Part shown: positions 10,901 to 19,026 of the stretch, in pieces
How positions within the stretch are numbered: position 1 is the stretch's first letter
Layout of the letters: the number at the start of each line of letters is the position of its first letter
Origin: a virus
Taxonomy: Duplodnaviria; Caudoviricetes
Virus record (IMG/VR): IMGVR_UViG_3300021254_000021
Coordinates: 96,001-160,000 of that record
Strand: one strand, 5' to 3'
Length of the DNA: 64,000 nt
The notes under the pieces: model-generated
What the model was told of the DNA's origin: nothing
Seen by the model: the letters and a program-made list of their open reading frames with translations, nothing else
Database searches by the model: none
Position numbers and translations under genes: made by a program

Positions 10901-11076
10901 TGCCTTAAAAAATAAAAGACTGTAAAGGTATTATGGTATAACCTTTTTAGGGGAGGTTAAATACTAGTATCATATTTATTAATATTTGTTAAATATTTTT
11001 AACTTTTTATACTTGATTTTTGTATAAAAAGTGAGTAAATTCTCTAATCAAGGAGGCGGCTTATGCCGATAGTCTT

Positions 11077-11670
11077 ATGTACTTACCTAGTCGTAAGGCT
11101 TGCCTTGAGTTGGGAGTCCATGCTAACACGCTGAGGAGATGGGCAGATGAAGGGAAAATTCGATACATCAGAACAGCAGGTGGTAAACGCCTCTATGACT
11201 GTTCCAGCGTCGAAGAAAATAGTAGCACGAAAAAGAACTACTGCTACTGTCGTGTCTCCTCGTCAAAGCAAAAAGACGACCTTGAAAGACAAGTCAGTTT
11301 TATGCAGTCAAGATACCCAGACTATACCATTCTCAAAGATGTTGGGTCTGGACTCAATTTCAAACGAAAGCAACTTATCTTCCTGCTTGAAGAATGTGCA
11401 ATGGGAAGAGTCGGAGAAGTTGTCGTTGCCTACAGAGACAGACTTTGTAGATTTGGATTTGAATTGCTTGAGTGGTTCTTCTCTAAAAACTCTGTTAAAC
11501 TCGTGGTTCTCGAACAACAAGAATTATCGCCTCAACAGGAGCTTGTTGCAGACTTGCTTTCCGTTATCACAGTGTTTTCATGTAGAGTTCACGGACTCAG
11601 AAAATACCGTACAGCGGTCAAGGAAGATAAGAGTTTATCCAAACAAGGAACAGAAGCAGATTTTGAATAA
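11077..11670 (+). CDS. tnpA: IS607 transposase TnpA (MerR-like HTH + serine recombinase)
   Basis: LGVHANTLRRWADEGKI HTH; YCRVSSSKQKDDLERQ catalytic Ser motif; DVGSGLNFKR; RDRLCRFGFEL. Confidence 0.95.
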   Translation: MYLPSRKACLELGVHANTLRRWADEGKIRYIRTAGGKRLYDCSSVEENSSTKKNYCYCRVSSSKQKDDLERQVSFMQSRYPDYTILKDVGSGLNFKRKQLIFLLEECAMGRVGEVVVAYRDRLCRFGFELLEWFFSKNSVKLVVLEQQELSPQQELVADLLSVITVFSCRVHGLRKYRTAVKEDKSLSKQGTEADFE

Positions 11671-12703
11671 TTGGTTTGGTGCTTCTAGGTTTGCTTATAA
11701 TAAAGCTGTAGCTTTTTTAAAGCAACCTAATACGAAAGCACAGTGGAAATCTATTAAGACTCCATTGTTGCATGAAATGCCTGAATGGTCAAAAGAAGTT
11801 CCTTATCAGATTAAATCTGTAGCAATTCGTGATTGTTGTCATGCTGTGTCTAATGCAAAAAAGAAATTCAAGCAGACTGGTAAATTTAACGAAGTCAGGT
11901 TTCGATCAAAGAAGCGCGGTGATAATAATTTATTTATCCCACAAAGTGCAGTTTCAAAGGATGGTGTTTATTACACTATCCTAGGTAAACTTAAGACGGC
12001 AGAACCTTTGTGGAAACCTAATCATGACTGCCGTATGTTTTTAGAGAATGGGCGTTATTTCGTCTCTATACCAAAAGATATTTTTGTAAAAAGACCTGAA
12101 AACCAAAGGCTTTCTGCATGTGCATTGGATTGTGGTGTTAGAACGTTCCAAACCGTTTTTTCTAAAGAACTTATTTTAAAAGTAGGCGAGCATGATTTCC
12201 AACGAATCTTTCGTTATTGCTATGCTTTAGACAAATTGGTTTCTCGAAAAAAGAAAGAGAAATCAAACAAGTTTAATAAAGCAATGCATAGAATCCGTTG
12301 GAGAGTCCATGATCTTATCGACGAAATCCATAATAAGCTAGCTTTAACGTTGTGTCGAATGTTTGATGTGATTTACATACCAATATTTGAGACACGGTAC
12401 ATGGTTTCAAAGTTGAAGCATAAGACATCCAGAGCAATGCTTGGGTGGGCACATTATCGCTTTAAAAAGAAACTTAAGTCTAAAGCAGAGGAGTATTCTT
12501 GTAAAGTTATTGATTGTACAGAAGAGTACACGTCAAAGACTTGTGGGAATTGTGGAGAGATAAGTTCGATTGGTGGAAAAGAAGTTTGGACGTGCAAACA
12601 CTGTGGTTGTGTACATGACAGAGATATAAACGGAGCAAGGAATATTCTGTTAAAGCAGTTATTTCTTGCGCTGAGAGATCCCTCCACACCTTGTTTGGTG
12701 TGA
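11147..12703 (+). CDS. tnpB: IS607 TnpB RNA-guided nuclease, Fanzor2/pro-Fanzor-like; true start uncertain (between 11147 and about 11570)
   Basis: KIRVYPNKEQ HTH; RuvC-I ALDCGVRTF; IYIPIFET; EEYTSKTCGNCG zinc finger; RuvC-III DRDINGARNI. Confidence 0.9.
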   Translation: MKGKFDTSEQQVVNASMTVPASKKIVARKRTTATVVSPRQSKKTTLKDKSVLCSQDTQTIPFSKMLGLDSISNESNLSSCLKNVQWEESEKLSLPTETDFVDLDLNCLSGSSLKTLLNSWFSNNKNYRLNRSLLQTCFPLSQCFHVEFTDSENTVQRSRKIRVYPNKEQKQILNNWFGASRFAYNKAVAFLKQPNTKAQWKSIKTPLLHEMPEWSKEVPYQIKSVAIRDCCHAVSNAKKKFKQTGKFNEVRFRSKKRGDNNLFIPQSAVSKDGVYYTILGKLKTAEPLWKPNHDCRMFLENGRYFVSIPKDIFVKRPENQRLSACALDCGVRTFQTVFSKELILKVGEHDFQRIFRYCYALDKLVSRKKKEKSNKFNKAMHRIRWRVHDLIDEIHNKLALTLCRMFDVIYIPIFETRYMVSKLKHKTSRAMLGWAHYRFKKKLKSKAEEYSCKVIDCTEEYTSKTCGNCGEISSIGGKEVWTCKHCGCVHDRDINGARNILLKQLFLALRDPSTPCLV

Positions 12704-12753
12704 TTTAATAGTAGCTATTAGTAATAATAGTGAATAAAAATGGATCGGCTTTT

Positions 12754-13293
12754 ATGGATAAAGAGAATGAGTTAAGTATACAGGATAAGAGACTTGTGAT
12801 GCGTATGGCTGATTTATGGCCTTTACAGGATAAACTGGTAAAGGAGATACCACAGATAAATGCCATCCCCGAGTTTTCCAAAGTAACCACCTTTATTACA
12901 CAAAGACCAATCTTACGGGAAGTAGCATTCTATTACCTGTACCATAATAAGGTTATAGATTATGTTAAGGTGTTTACGGCTGAGAATATTAAAGACATTT
13001 ATTTCCATGAGCATCCTGATTATAACTCCTTTTATGAAGTAGGTGTACCTATTGTGGTTATTCTGTTAGGTACGGAGATGTATAATCAGCAGATGATTAC
13101 GATCCTTAATTTGTTTTCAGACAACTTTCTGTCTAATGCAAATGCTAAAGCCTTAATCTTTTGCTTTGAAGGCAGTATGCAGGAATTTAAGAATAAATAT
13201 AAGAATGTCCAAGAAAGAGGCATTCTTAATACAGGTAAAACCTTTTCTTTAACCAAGACTTCTTTAAAGTCTAAGGACAAATTTGAAATGTAG
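12754..13293 (+). CDS. hypothetical protein (replication region)
   Basis: ORF; ATG 12754 lies just outside the IS607 right end (track start 12730 is inside the element). Confidence 0.7.
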   Translation: MDKENELSIQDKRLVMRMADLWPLQDKLVKEIPQINAIPEFSKVTTFITQRPILREVAFYYLYHNKVIDYVKVFTAENIKDIYFHEHPDYNSFYEVGVPIVVILLGTEMYNQQMITILNLFSDNFLSNANAKALIFCFEGSMQEFKNKYKNVQERGILNTGKTFSLTKTSLKSKDKFEM

Positions 13294-13301
13294 GAGAAAG
13301 T

Positions 13302-14273
13302 ATGAACAGAATTAACTTTTTAGAAAACAGGGATTTCCTTATTCACTCTACGGCAAGACCTTATGTAGTAGAGCCAGACCATTTGGTTAATCTTGAAATT
13401 ATGCAGGATATGACCATGCTTGTTACTACACAGCGCCAAGAAATCTTTGTTAAAGAGACACCCTTTAAATCCTCTGTTTTACCTATATTGGGGATTACTG
13501 GTTTATTAAAGAAAAAGATGATTGATGGAGAGTCCGCTACTTTAACAGACTCTTTATTAGATTTAATCACACCCATAATGAAGCAGAATATTCAGTCCTT
13601 CATTTTCTTTTTGGACACGGACGAAAAAGAGGCAATCGCTGTCTTTGTTACACCCGTCTTTGATAAGCTCGAACCAGTAACCTTACATAATGGTTATAGT
13701 AATCTTAAACAGTTTTTATGCACTTCATATTTCCCAGTAGAGGAAGATAAAGATTATCATGTTATAGACTTTAACCATGAGCCTAAAGATAAAATCTTTA
13801 AATTAAACTTGGCTCATAAAGATGATCAAACAAAAGAATTTTATCCTATTATTCATAATAATGCACCGATAGCATGGAAAGAGAATTGGGATCAGCGTGC
13901 GTCTATTTATGACAGGGAAAGAGATTTATACATGACCTTACCTAGAAACTATGGTAAGGGTGGGTATAAGGTAGTGGATAAGATTATTCAGCATATAGAC
14001 CACATGATTTCTAAACTGGATATTACACAAGATTACGACAAAGAGTTTAATGAAATGCTAATGGCCAAGTTACCCAATAAGGGTATTGAATATATGATGG
14101 AAGCCTCTTTTGAGGATCATAAATTAGTAACCATCTTAGATAAAATATCATCATCTAAAGAGGATTTAAAGCCATCCGTCGTTCATGCGTTATATAAATG
14201 TTTAGGGTACATGGTAGCTCAAAAATTACATTGCTGTCCTGAATGCAGACATCTCGACGAGGAAACACTTTAA
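13302..14273 (+). CDS. hypothetical protein with C-terminal CxxC
   Basis: 323-aa ORF with AGGAG SD; ends HCCPECRH. Confidence 0.7.
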   Translation: MNRINFLENRDFLIHSTARPYVVEPDHLVNLEIMQDMTMLVTTQRQEIFVKETPFKSSVLPILGITGLLKKKMIDGESATLTDSLLDLITPIMKQNIQSFIFFLDTDEKEAIAVFVTPVFDKLEPVTLHNGYSNLKQFLCTSYFPVEEDKDYHVIDFNHEPKDKIFKLNLAHKDDQTKEFYPIIHNNAPIAWKENWDQRASIYDRERDLYMTLPRNYGKGGYKVVDKIIQHIDHMISKLDITQDYDKEFNEMLMAKLPNKGIEYMMEASFEDHKLVTILDKISSSKEDLKPSVVHALYKCLGYMVAQKLHCCPECRHLDEETL

Positions 14274-14309
14274 AATAATCATAGAGTTATCAATCTCTTA
14301 GCCGTATAT

Positions 14310-14340
14310 ACCCCTGTCTGACCCACAGGGGTTTTCTTTT
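14310..14340 (+). terminator. intrinsic terminator
   Basis: ACCCCTGT...ACAGGGGT plus T-tract. Confidence 0.7.
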
Positions 14341-14363
14341 CTGCACAGGAGTGGAATATTGTT

Positions 14364-15800
14364 ATGCTGACAATAGTAAAGTCTATATTATCCTCTACTG
14401 AAGAAAGTAAAGCACTCATTATTTCTTCTATCTTAGAAGAAGCAAGTAAAGATTTAAATCCTCAAGAATTAAAAGTCTTTCAATTCCTTAAACAGGGATA
14501 TGATACATTCTCTCAATTCCAAACTGAGGAATTATTTTTACAGCAGTTCCCAGAATATAGAGCTTCACTTAAAGATATAGCACCCTTAGAGCAGGAATCC
14601 TTAGATTATTATAAAAGAGAGTTTATAGAGAAGCATAAAAGAATTACCCTCTCTAAGAAACTACTTACTATGGCAACTACCATACAACAATCTGGTTTAA
14701 CACCAGATATGGTAGAGTCTCTAAGAGGGGAAGTAAATAATACACAGGAAAACTTCTCTTTGCAGACCTCTAACGTTTTGGACATCTATGATGAGTCTAA
14801 GAAAAAGGGGAACTGTGGAATAAAGACGTATATTCCAGAGATAGACCAATTAGTCGGAACAATAGAGCCCGGCACACTCACCACAATTGTTGGGTATAAT
14901 AAACACGGTAAAACAACGTTTGCTTTAAACATGGCTTATAAAGCCGCTAAAGAAGGAAAGCACGTTGTTTACATTTCCCTTGAGGTGGCAGAGAAGTTTC
15001 TGCTTTATGATTTAATCTCTTTGCATTCTACGGATATGCGATTTGGTATTGACCCGATACCTAGTGATGCAATCCGTTTACTTAATTTAAGTGAACAGCA
15101 GGAAGCAAACTTTAAGAGAGTGGCAGAAGATTTTAACCAGACTATTCGACCAAACTTTGTTATCCTGACAGAAAGGAACTTTAAGGATTTTTCTTACGGG
15201 GAGATTCGAGATGTTCTGTACAGGGTAGATGAGAAAAGAAAGATTGATGCTGTATTTGTGGATCAAGCCAGTTTATTTAAGTTTTACGCTAAAGGGAATA
15301 CAAATAATCTCTATGACGTAATAAATGACTATGTTTCTTTTTTCAGAAAACTTGCTATTTGCTTTAAGGTAGAGAACGGTGTAGATAGACAGATGATTAT
15401 TGTTTTGCTTGCTCAATGCAATAGATCTGGATTTATTAAGGCTCAACAGGCAGGAAAGAAAGATCCCGCTATGGAAGGGAAGTATGATGATACCGCCGTA
15501 GCAGAAGCGAATGAGCTTACTCGTTCTTGCTCTTATCTTTTAACTGTGTATTCCACAGAAGGTATGAGATTATCACATGAAGCTCGTGTTCAGCTACTTA
15601 GAAGCAGATTTGGTCAAACACATGAAGACCCAATTACGGTCAACTTTAATCCAGAGTTTAAACAGTTCGGGGAGATGGAAGATTTAAACCAAACCTCTGT
15701 AAACAACTATTCTTCTGTTTCCTCTTTTGGTTCATTCGTGGACATTAATCCGTCTGACTTAGGATTTAATTTGGGTTCAGTGAATTTAGATGATTTGTAG
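14364..15800 (+). CDS. DnaB-like (SF4) replicative helicase
   Basis: Walker A GYNKHGKTT; VVYISLE; Walker B AVFVDQ; LLAQCNR; RSRFG. Confidence 0.85.
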   Translation: MLTIVKSILSSTEESKALIISSILEEASKDLNPQELKVFQFLKQGYDTFSQFQTEELFLQQFPEYRASLKDIAPLEQESLDYYKREFIEKHKRITLSKKLLTMATTIQQSGLTPDMVESLRGEVNNTQENFSLQTSNVLDIYDESKKKGNCGIKTYIPEIDQLVGTIEPGTLTTIVGYNKHGKTTFALNMAYKAAKEGKHVVYISLEVAEKFLLYDLISLHSTDMRFGIDPIPSDAIRLLNLSEQQEANFKRVAEDFNQTIRPNFVILTERNFKDFSYGEIRDVLYRVDEKRKIDAVFVDQASLFKFYAKGNTNNLYDVINDYVSFFRKLAICFKVENGVDRQMIIVLLAQCNRSGFIKAQQAGKKDPAMEGKYDDTAVAEANELTRSCSYLLTVYSTEGMRLSHEARVQLLRSRFGQTHEDPITVNFNPEFKQFGEMEDLNQTSVNNYSSVSSFGSFVDINPSDLGFNLGSVNLDDL

Positions 15801-15861
15801 TTCTCTAGACCTTTAGCAGTACTGTTGGTTTTAGTGCCCGATGCGGGTTATTCGGTATACC

Positions 15862-15905
15862 AGTTAAATTAACTTTCTTTGTCGAGGTATGTCACTTAAA
15901 TGAAA
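15862..15905. repeat. bipartite conserved motif, copy 1: AGTTAAWTTAACT-N12-GTRTGTCACYTAAATGAAA
   Basis: Recurs at 54791-54834 with identical spacing, and rearranged at 47038-47076. Confidence 0.7.
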
Positions 15906-15928
15906 TGATCTTTCAAAAGACTTGTGGT

Positions 15929-15975
15929 AAAAGAACCTCATTGGCGGGATTACCCATCCAATGAGGTTCTTTTTT
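15929..15975. terminator. bidirectional-type intrinsic terminator
   Basis: AAAAGAACCTCATTGG...CCAATGAGGTTCTTTT. Confidence 0.85.
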
Positions 15976-16023
15976 AAGTACACTACTAACTGTACAGATT
16001 TCTTTGACCAAAAAGTGATCCAC

Positions 16024-16056
16024 AAGCTCACATGGCTGTATCCCGTGGGTAGTTCA
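16024..16056 (+). mobile_element. degenerate IS200/IS605-family end relic
   Basis: AAGCTCAC..GGCT....CCGTGGGTAGTTCA; 12 nt are the exact reverse complement of the IscB element end at 35486-35497. Confidence 0.5.
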
Positions 16057-16057
16057 A

Positions 16058-16123
16058 TAGGGGATGAATTTAAACACTCAAATCCCCTCACACCAATTTT
16101 ACAAAAATCTTTAACCAACTTTT
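16058..16123 (+). repeat. hairpin-leader element, copy 1
   Basis: TAGGGGAT-N16-ATCCCCT-CACACCAATTTTACAAAAAT-CTTTAACCAACTTTT, then SD and ATG. Confidence 0.9.
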
Positions 16124-16136
16124 ACGGAGACAGACT

Positions 16137-16361
16137 ATGAAGTGCTTAATTAAGGATATGTACGAAAAAGATTCAAATGGCCTTCCTTTGATCATAGCGG
16201 AAACCAATTCTTTAAAGGAAGCGAGACTCTGGATAGAGGAGAATCGTCGGGGGTGGAAAAATTCTTGTTACGTTGTTTATGGCCGTAACTTTAAAAAGAT
16301 GGCCAAGTTTTCCCAACATTTTCGAGACTCCAAGGGTAACATGAAATGGCTGTATGACTAG
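16137..16361 (+). CDS. hypothetical protein
   Basis: 74 aa, GGAG SD, between two leader elements. Confidence 0.7.
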   Translation: MKCLIKDMYEKDSNGLPLIIAETNSLKEARLWIEENRRGWKNSCYVVYGRNFKKMAKFSQHFRDSKGNMKWLYD

Positions 16362-16369
16362 TCACCATT

Positions 16370-16434
16370 AAGGGGATAGAGTTAAATACTTAAATCCCCT
16401 GACGCCAATTTTACAAAAATATTTAACCAACTTT
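16370..16434 (+). repeat. hairpin-leader element, copy 2
   Basis: AGGGGAT-N16-ATCCCCT-GACGCCAATTTTACAAAAAT. Confidence 0.9.
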
Positions 16435-16448
16435 AAAGGAGAGACATC

Positions 16449-17717
16449 ATGGCCAATTACACAATCCTCACTAGCATGGTTAATGACTTCAGCAAAAAGA
16501 TCAATCACATTGCCAATAAGTGCTACAAACAGGGTATCCCTTACACCTTCCTTATGAGCGATCCCTATGACAAAGTGGTTGAAGATCATGAGGGTAACAG
16601 CTTTGTCATTAGTGTTACGGACATTGAATTGGACATTCAGTTCAAATTTAACGGTTGGAAAGCTCTTGGTTTGATTCAGAGAAAAGATGGGATTACACAG
16701 TGCTATCTTAAAACACAGGAGTTGATTCAGCAGTATGGAAACACCGATTTTCATTGTGATCATTGCCACAAGCATGTACATCGTAATTCTGTCATTGTCC
16801 TTGAGCATGACAATGGCGAGCGTAAAGTAGTGGGAACATCTTGTGTTAAAGAGTTCACGTGTGGTTTGGACGGAAACCTGATTGCTCAGTTTAATGAATT
16901 TGAGGTTATTTTAGCCAAACGTAATAGCGAATTGCAGATTCTTTTGCAGGGCGAATCTCTGGATGATCTCCCTGTGAGTGTTTTCTGTGAGCAGAATGGT
17001 AGTCCCATTTATAATGTAGAGAGGGTTGTTTCCAGTGCCGTCCGTATAATCAATGCTTATGGTTTTGAACCTTCAAATAGTCTTAATGCTACATGGAAAT
17101 ACATCCATGATACTTATAAAGAGACACATGAGAGTGAGCCTGAAGCTGTTAGGGCTATTGAGTGGATTAAGTCTCTGTCTAATGACGACTTCACAAAGTC
17201 CTCTTACCTGTTCAATCTTAGACAGATTATTGATGCTGATTATTGCACACCCCGTCATTTCGGTTTGTTGGCGTCTTTAATCCCTTCGTTCCGTAAAGAG
17301 GAAGCTAAGAGATTGCAGGCTGAACGTGCTTCTGTTAGTAACCATGTTGGTAACATTGGTGACAGACTTTCTCTCACACTCACTTATACCAAGTCCATCT
17401 CTTATGATTCCCAGTTTGGTGGTGGTTATTTCCACTTTTTCTCTGATGCTGATGGCAATGTGTTTAAGTGGTCAACGAATAAAGGTATGTGTTTCCGTAT
17501 GAATAACCGTACATACAGTCTTGAACAAGGTGCTACGGTTAAGCTGACAGGAACGATTAAAGACCATGATGATTACCGTGGTATGAAACAGACTATAATC
17601 ACTCGTTGCAAGTATGAAGTGCTTACTTCGACGGTTCGTGATGATGCTGAACAAGAGACATCTGACAATAATTCCAGTAGTACAGACCTAGATTCTTTGA
17701 TGCTTTATTGGGCATAA
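16449..17717 (+). CDS. phage protein with CxxC..RN..VG..C zinc motif and C-terminal OB-fold-like domain
   Basis: CDHCHKHVHRN...VGTSC; S.HVG.IGDRL...FKWST...LTGTIKDH..Y.G.KQT..TRC. Confidence 0.7.
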   Translation: MANYTILTSMVNDFSKKINHIANKCYKQGIPYTFLMSDPYDKVVEDHEGNSFVISVTDIELDIQFKFNGWKALGLIQRKDGITQCYLKTQELIQQYGNTDFHCDHCHKHVHRNSVIVLEHDNGERKVVGTSCVKEFTCGLDGNLIAQFNEFEVILAKRNSELQILLQGESLDDLPVSVFCEQNGSPIYNVERVVSSAVRIINAYGFEPSNSLNATWKYIHDTYKETHESEPEAVRAIEWIKSLSNDDFTKSSYLFNLRQIIDADYCTPRHFGLLASLIPSFRKEEAKRLQAERASVSNHVGNIGDRLSLTLTYTKSISYDSQFGGGYFHFFSDADGNVFKWSTNKGMCFRMNNRTYSLEQGATVKLTGTIKDHDDYRGMKQTIITRCKYEVLTSTVRDDAEQETSDNNSSSTDLDSLMLYWA

Positions 17718-17723
17718 CCCTAA

Positions 17724-17773
17724 TAGGGATTAGAGTTAAATACTTTAATCCCTCACACCAACTTTACAAAAAT
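17724..17773 (+). repeat. hairpin-leader element, copy 3
   Basis: 12-bp stem AGGGATTAGAGT/ACTTTAATCCCT (one G-T pair) with TAAAT loop, then CACACCAACTTTACAAAAAT. Confidence 0.9.
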
Positions 17774-17808
17774 CTTTCCCTAATGGGGGATGTTTCGGAG
17801 ACTGAATT

Positions 17809-18105
17809 ATGGAACACAACACAAATTATTATGGTGGCGAGATTATTAACCTTATCCATAGCACTCTTGGTCATTCCTACTCTATGAATAGAGGGTGGAC
17901 ATACATTTGGGTTATTGGTGATAAAATAGTGTTTTGTGACTTGAAAGAGAATAATTATGGTGGATGTTTAGAGGTGCATGAGGATGGCCAGTTTAAAGAC
18001 CAGTTTGACTACAATGGGATTTTGGTTGAGGGTGATACCGATTTCACTTTTCCAGAATCACAGAAACAAAGGATTGTGTCTTTCTTAAATCGGTATAAAG
18101 GTTAA
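17809..18105 (+). CDS. hypothetical protein
   Basis: 98 aa, GGAG SD. Confidence 0.7.
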   Translation: MEHNTNYYGGEIINLIHSTLGHSYSMNRGWTYIWVIGDKIVFCDLKENNYGGCLEVHEDGQFKDQFDYNGILVEGDTDFTFPESQKQRIVSFLNRYKG

Positions 18106-18111
18106 ACCTAA

Positions 18112-18177
18112 TAGGGGATGAAAAACTTAAATCAAATCCCCTGAGACCAATTTTACAAAAATATTTGACCAACTTTT
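18112..18177 (+). repeat. hairpin-leader element, copy 4
   Basis: TAGGGGAT-N16-ATCCCCT-GAGACCAATTTTACAAAAAT. Confidence 0.9.
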
Positions 18178-18192
18178 AGAGGAGACTGTGTT

Positions 18193-18516
18193 ATGGCATA
18201 CATTGAAGATCTTTATGATTGGGTTTGTGAGGCACGTAAACAAATAGAGCAAAGGTTCTCCACCAGTTGTTTGCATGTTAGAAACTTGGATATTTCATCT
18301 AATGATTTTTATGTGCTTTCTTTTGTGGACTCCTCTTACATTTATAAGGTGGAAATATTGGCACAGCCTTTTGTTCCATCTTTGGGAGATCCCATAGATG
18401 AGATTAGATCTATTTATATTACTCGTATTGATATGGATAATGAAACCTTCGATAAGGTAGTGTTTGATAATTGGGAGACTTCCATTGAGGATGCTCTCAA
18501 TTACTTAGCCTCTTAG
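18193..18516 (+). CDS. hypothetical acidic protein
   Basis: 107 aa, GAGGAG SD. Confidence 0.7.
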   Translation: MAYIEDLYDWVCEARKQIEQRFSTSCLHVRNLDISSNDFYVLSFVDSSYIYKVEILAQPFVPSLGDPIDEIRSIYITRIDMDNETFDKVVFDNWETSIEDALNYLAS

Positions 18517-18526
18517 GGGGTGTGCT

Positions 18527-18979
18527 ATGGGTTTTGTAGTTGATTTAACAGGACAGAGATTTGGTAAACTTACTGTCTTAGAGCGGGCAGAGGATAGAGT
18601 AACCAAGTCTGGTAAAAAACTCGTGGCATGGTTGTGCAAATGCGACTGTGGTAAAAAATGTGTGATTAAGTCAACCAACCTTAAAAGTGGGAATACCAAA
18701 TCTTGCGGGTGTATAGCCCGCAAGATCAGACGAACAAAGCGTGATACACCCAATAAAAATGCAGAGGACTTTATAGGTAAACGGTTTGGTGTTTTAACCA
18801 TAGAGAAAGAGATTAAGCCTTATCGTTCCCCTAAAGGGGATAAGCACCGTCGTTTCCGATGTAAGTGTTATTGCGGGAAATATAAGGATGTCCGCATAGA
18901 TGAGCTGACTAATGGATCTGTTGTGTCTTGCGGTTGCTTATCTGCGAGGGATCTAGATAAGCTAAGAACCATTTTATAG
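18527..18979 (+). CDS. tandem GxRFGxLTV..CxCxCG..SCGC zinc-binding repeats (N-terminal module of HNH/AP2 phage proteins), no nuclease domain
   Basis: Two copies: DLTGQRFGKLTV..CKCDCG..KSCGC and FIGKRFGVLTI..CKCYCG..SCGC. Confidence 0.8.
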   Translation: MGFVVDLTGQRFGKLTVLERAEDRVTKSGKKLVAWLCKCDCGKKCVIKSTNLKSGNTKSCGCIARKIRRTKRDTPNKNAEDFIGKRFGVLTIEKEIKPYRSPKGDKHRRFRCKCYCGKYKDVRIDELTNGSVVSCGCLSARDLDKLRTIL

Positions 18980-19026
18980 GGATAGGAAATAAATCAAATT
19001 TCCCCTGAGACCAATTTTACAAAAAT
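18977..19026 (+). repeat. hairpin-leader element, copy 5
   Basis: TAGGGAT...TCCCCTGAGACCAATTTTACAAAAAT; its TAG is the stop codon of the preceding gene. Confidence 0.85.

Larger units (their letters stand above)
10955..12748 (+). mobile_element. IS607-family element (serine recombinase TnpA + TnpB)
   Basis: tnpA/tnpB pair; AT-rich left end with short repeats; GG at both inferred boundaries (10955-56, 12747-48); removal restores GGGGAGG-cttttATG. Confidence 0.85.

Noticed and set aside
10957-11076. IStron (group I intron-fused IS607)
   Set aside because: Left end is only about 120 nt and AT-rich, with no intron core
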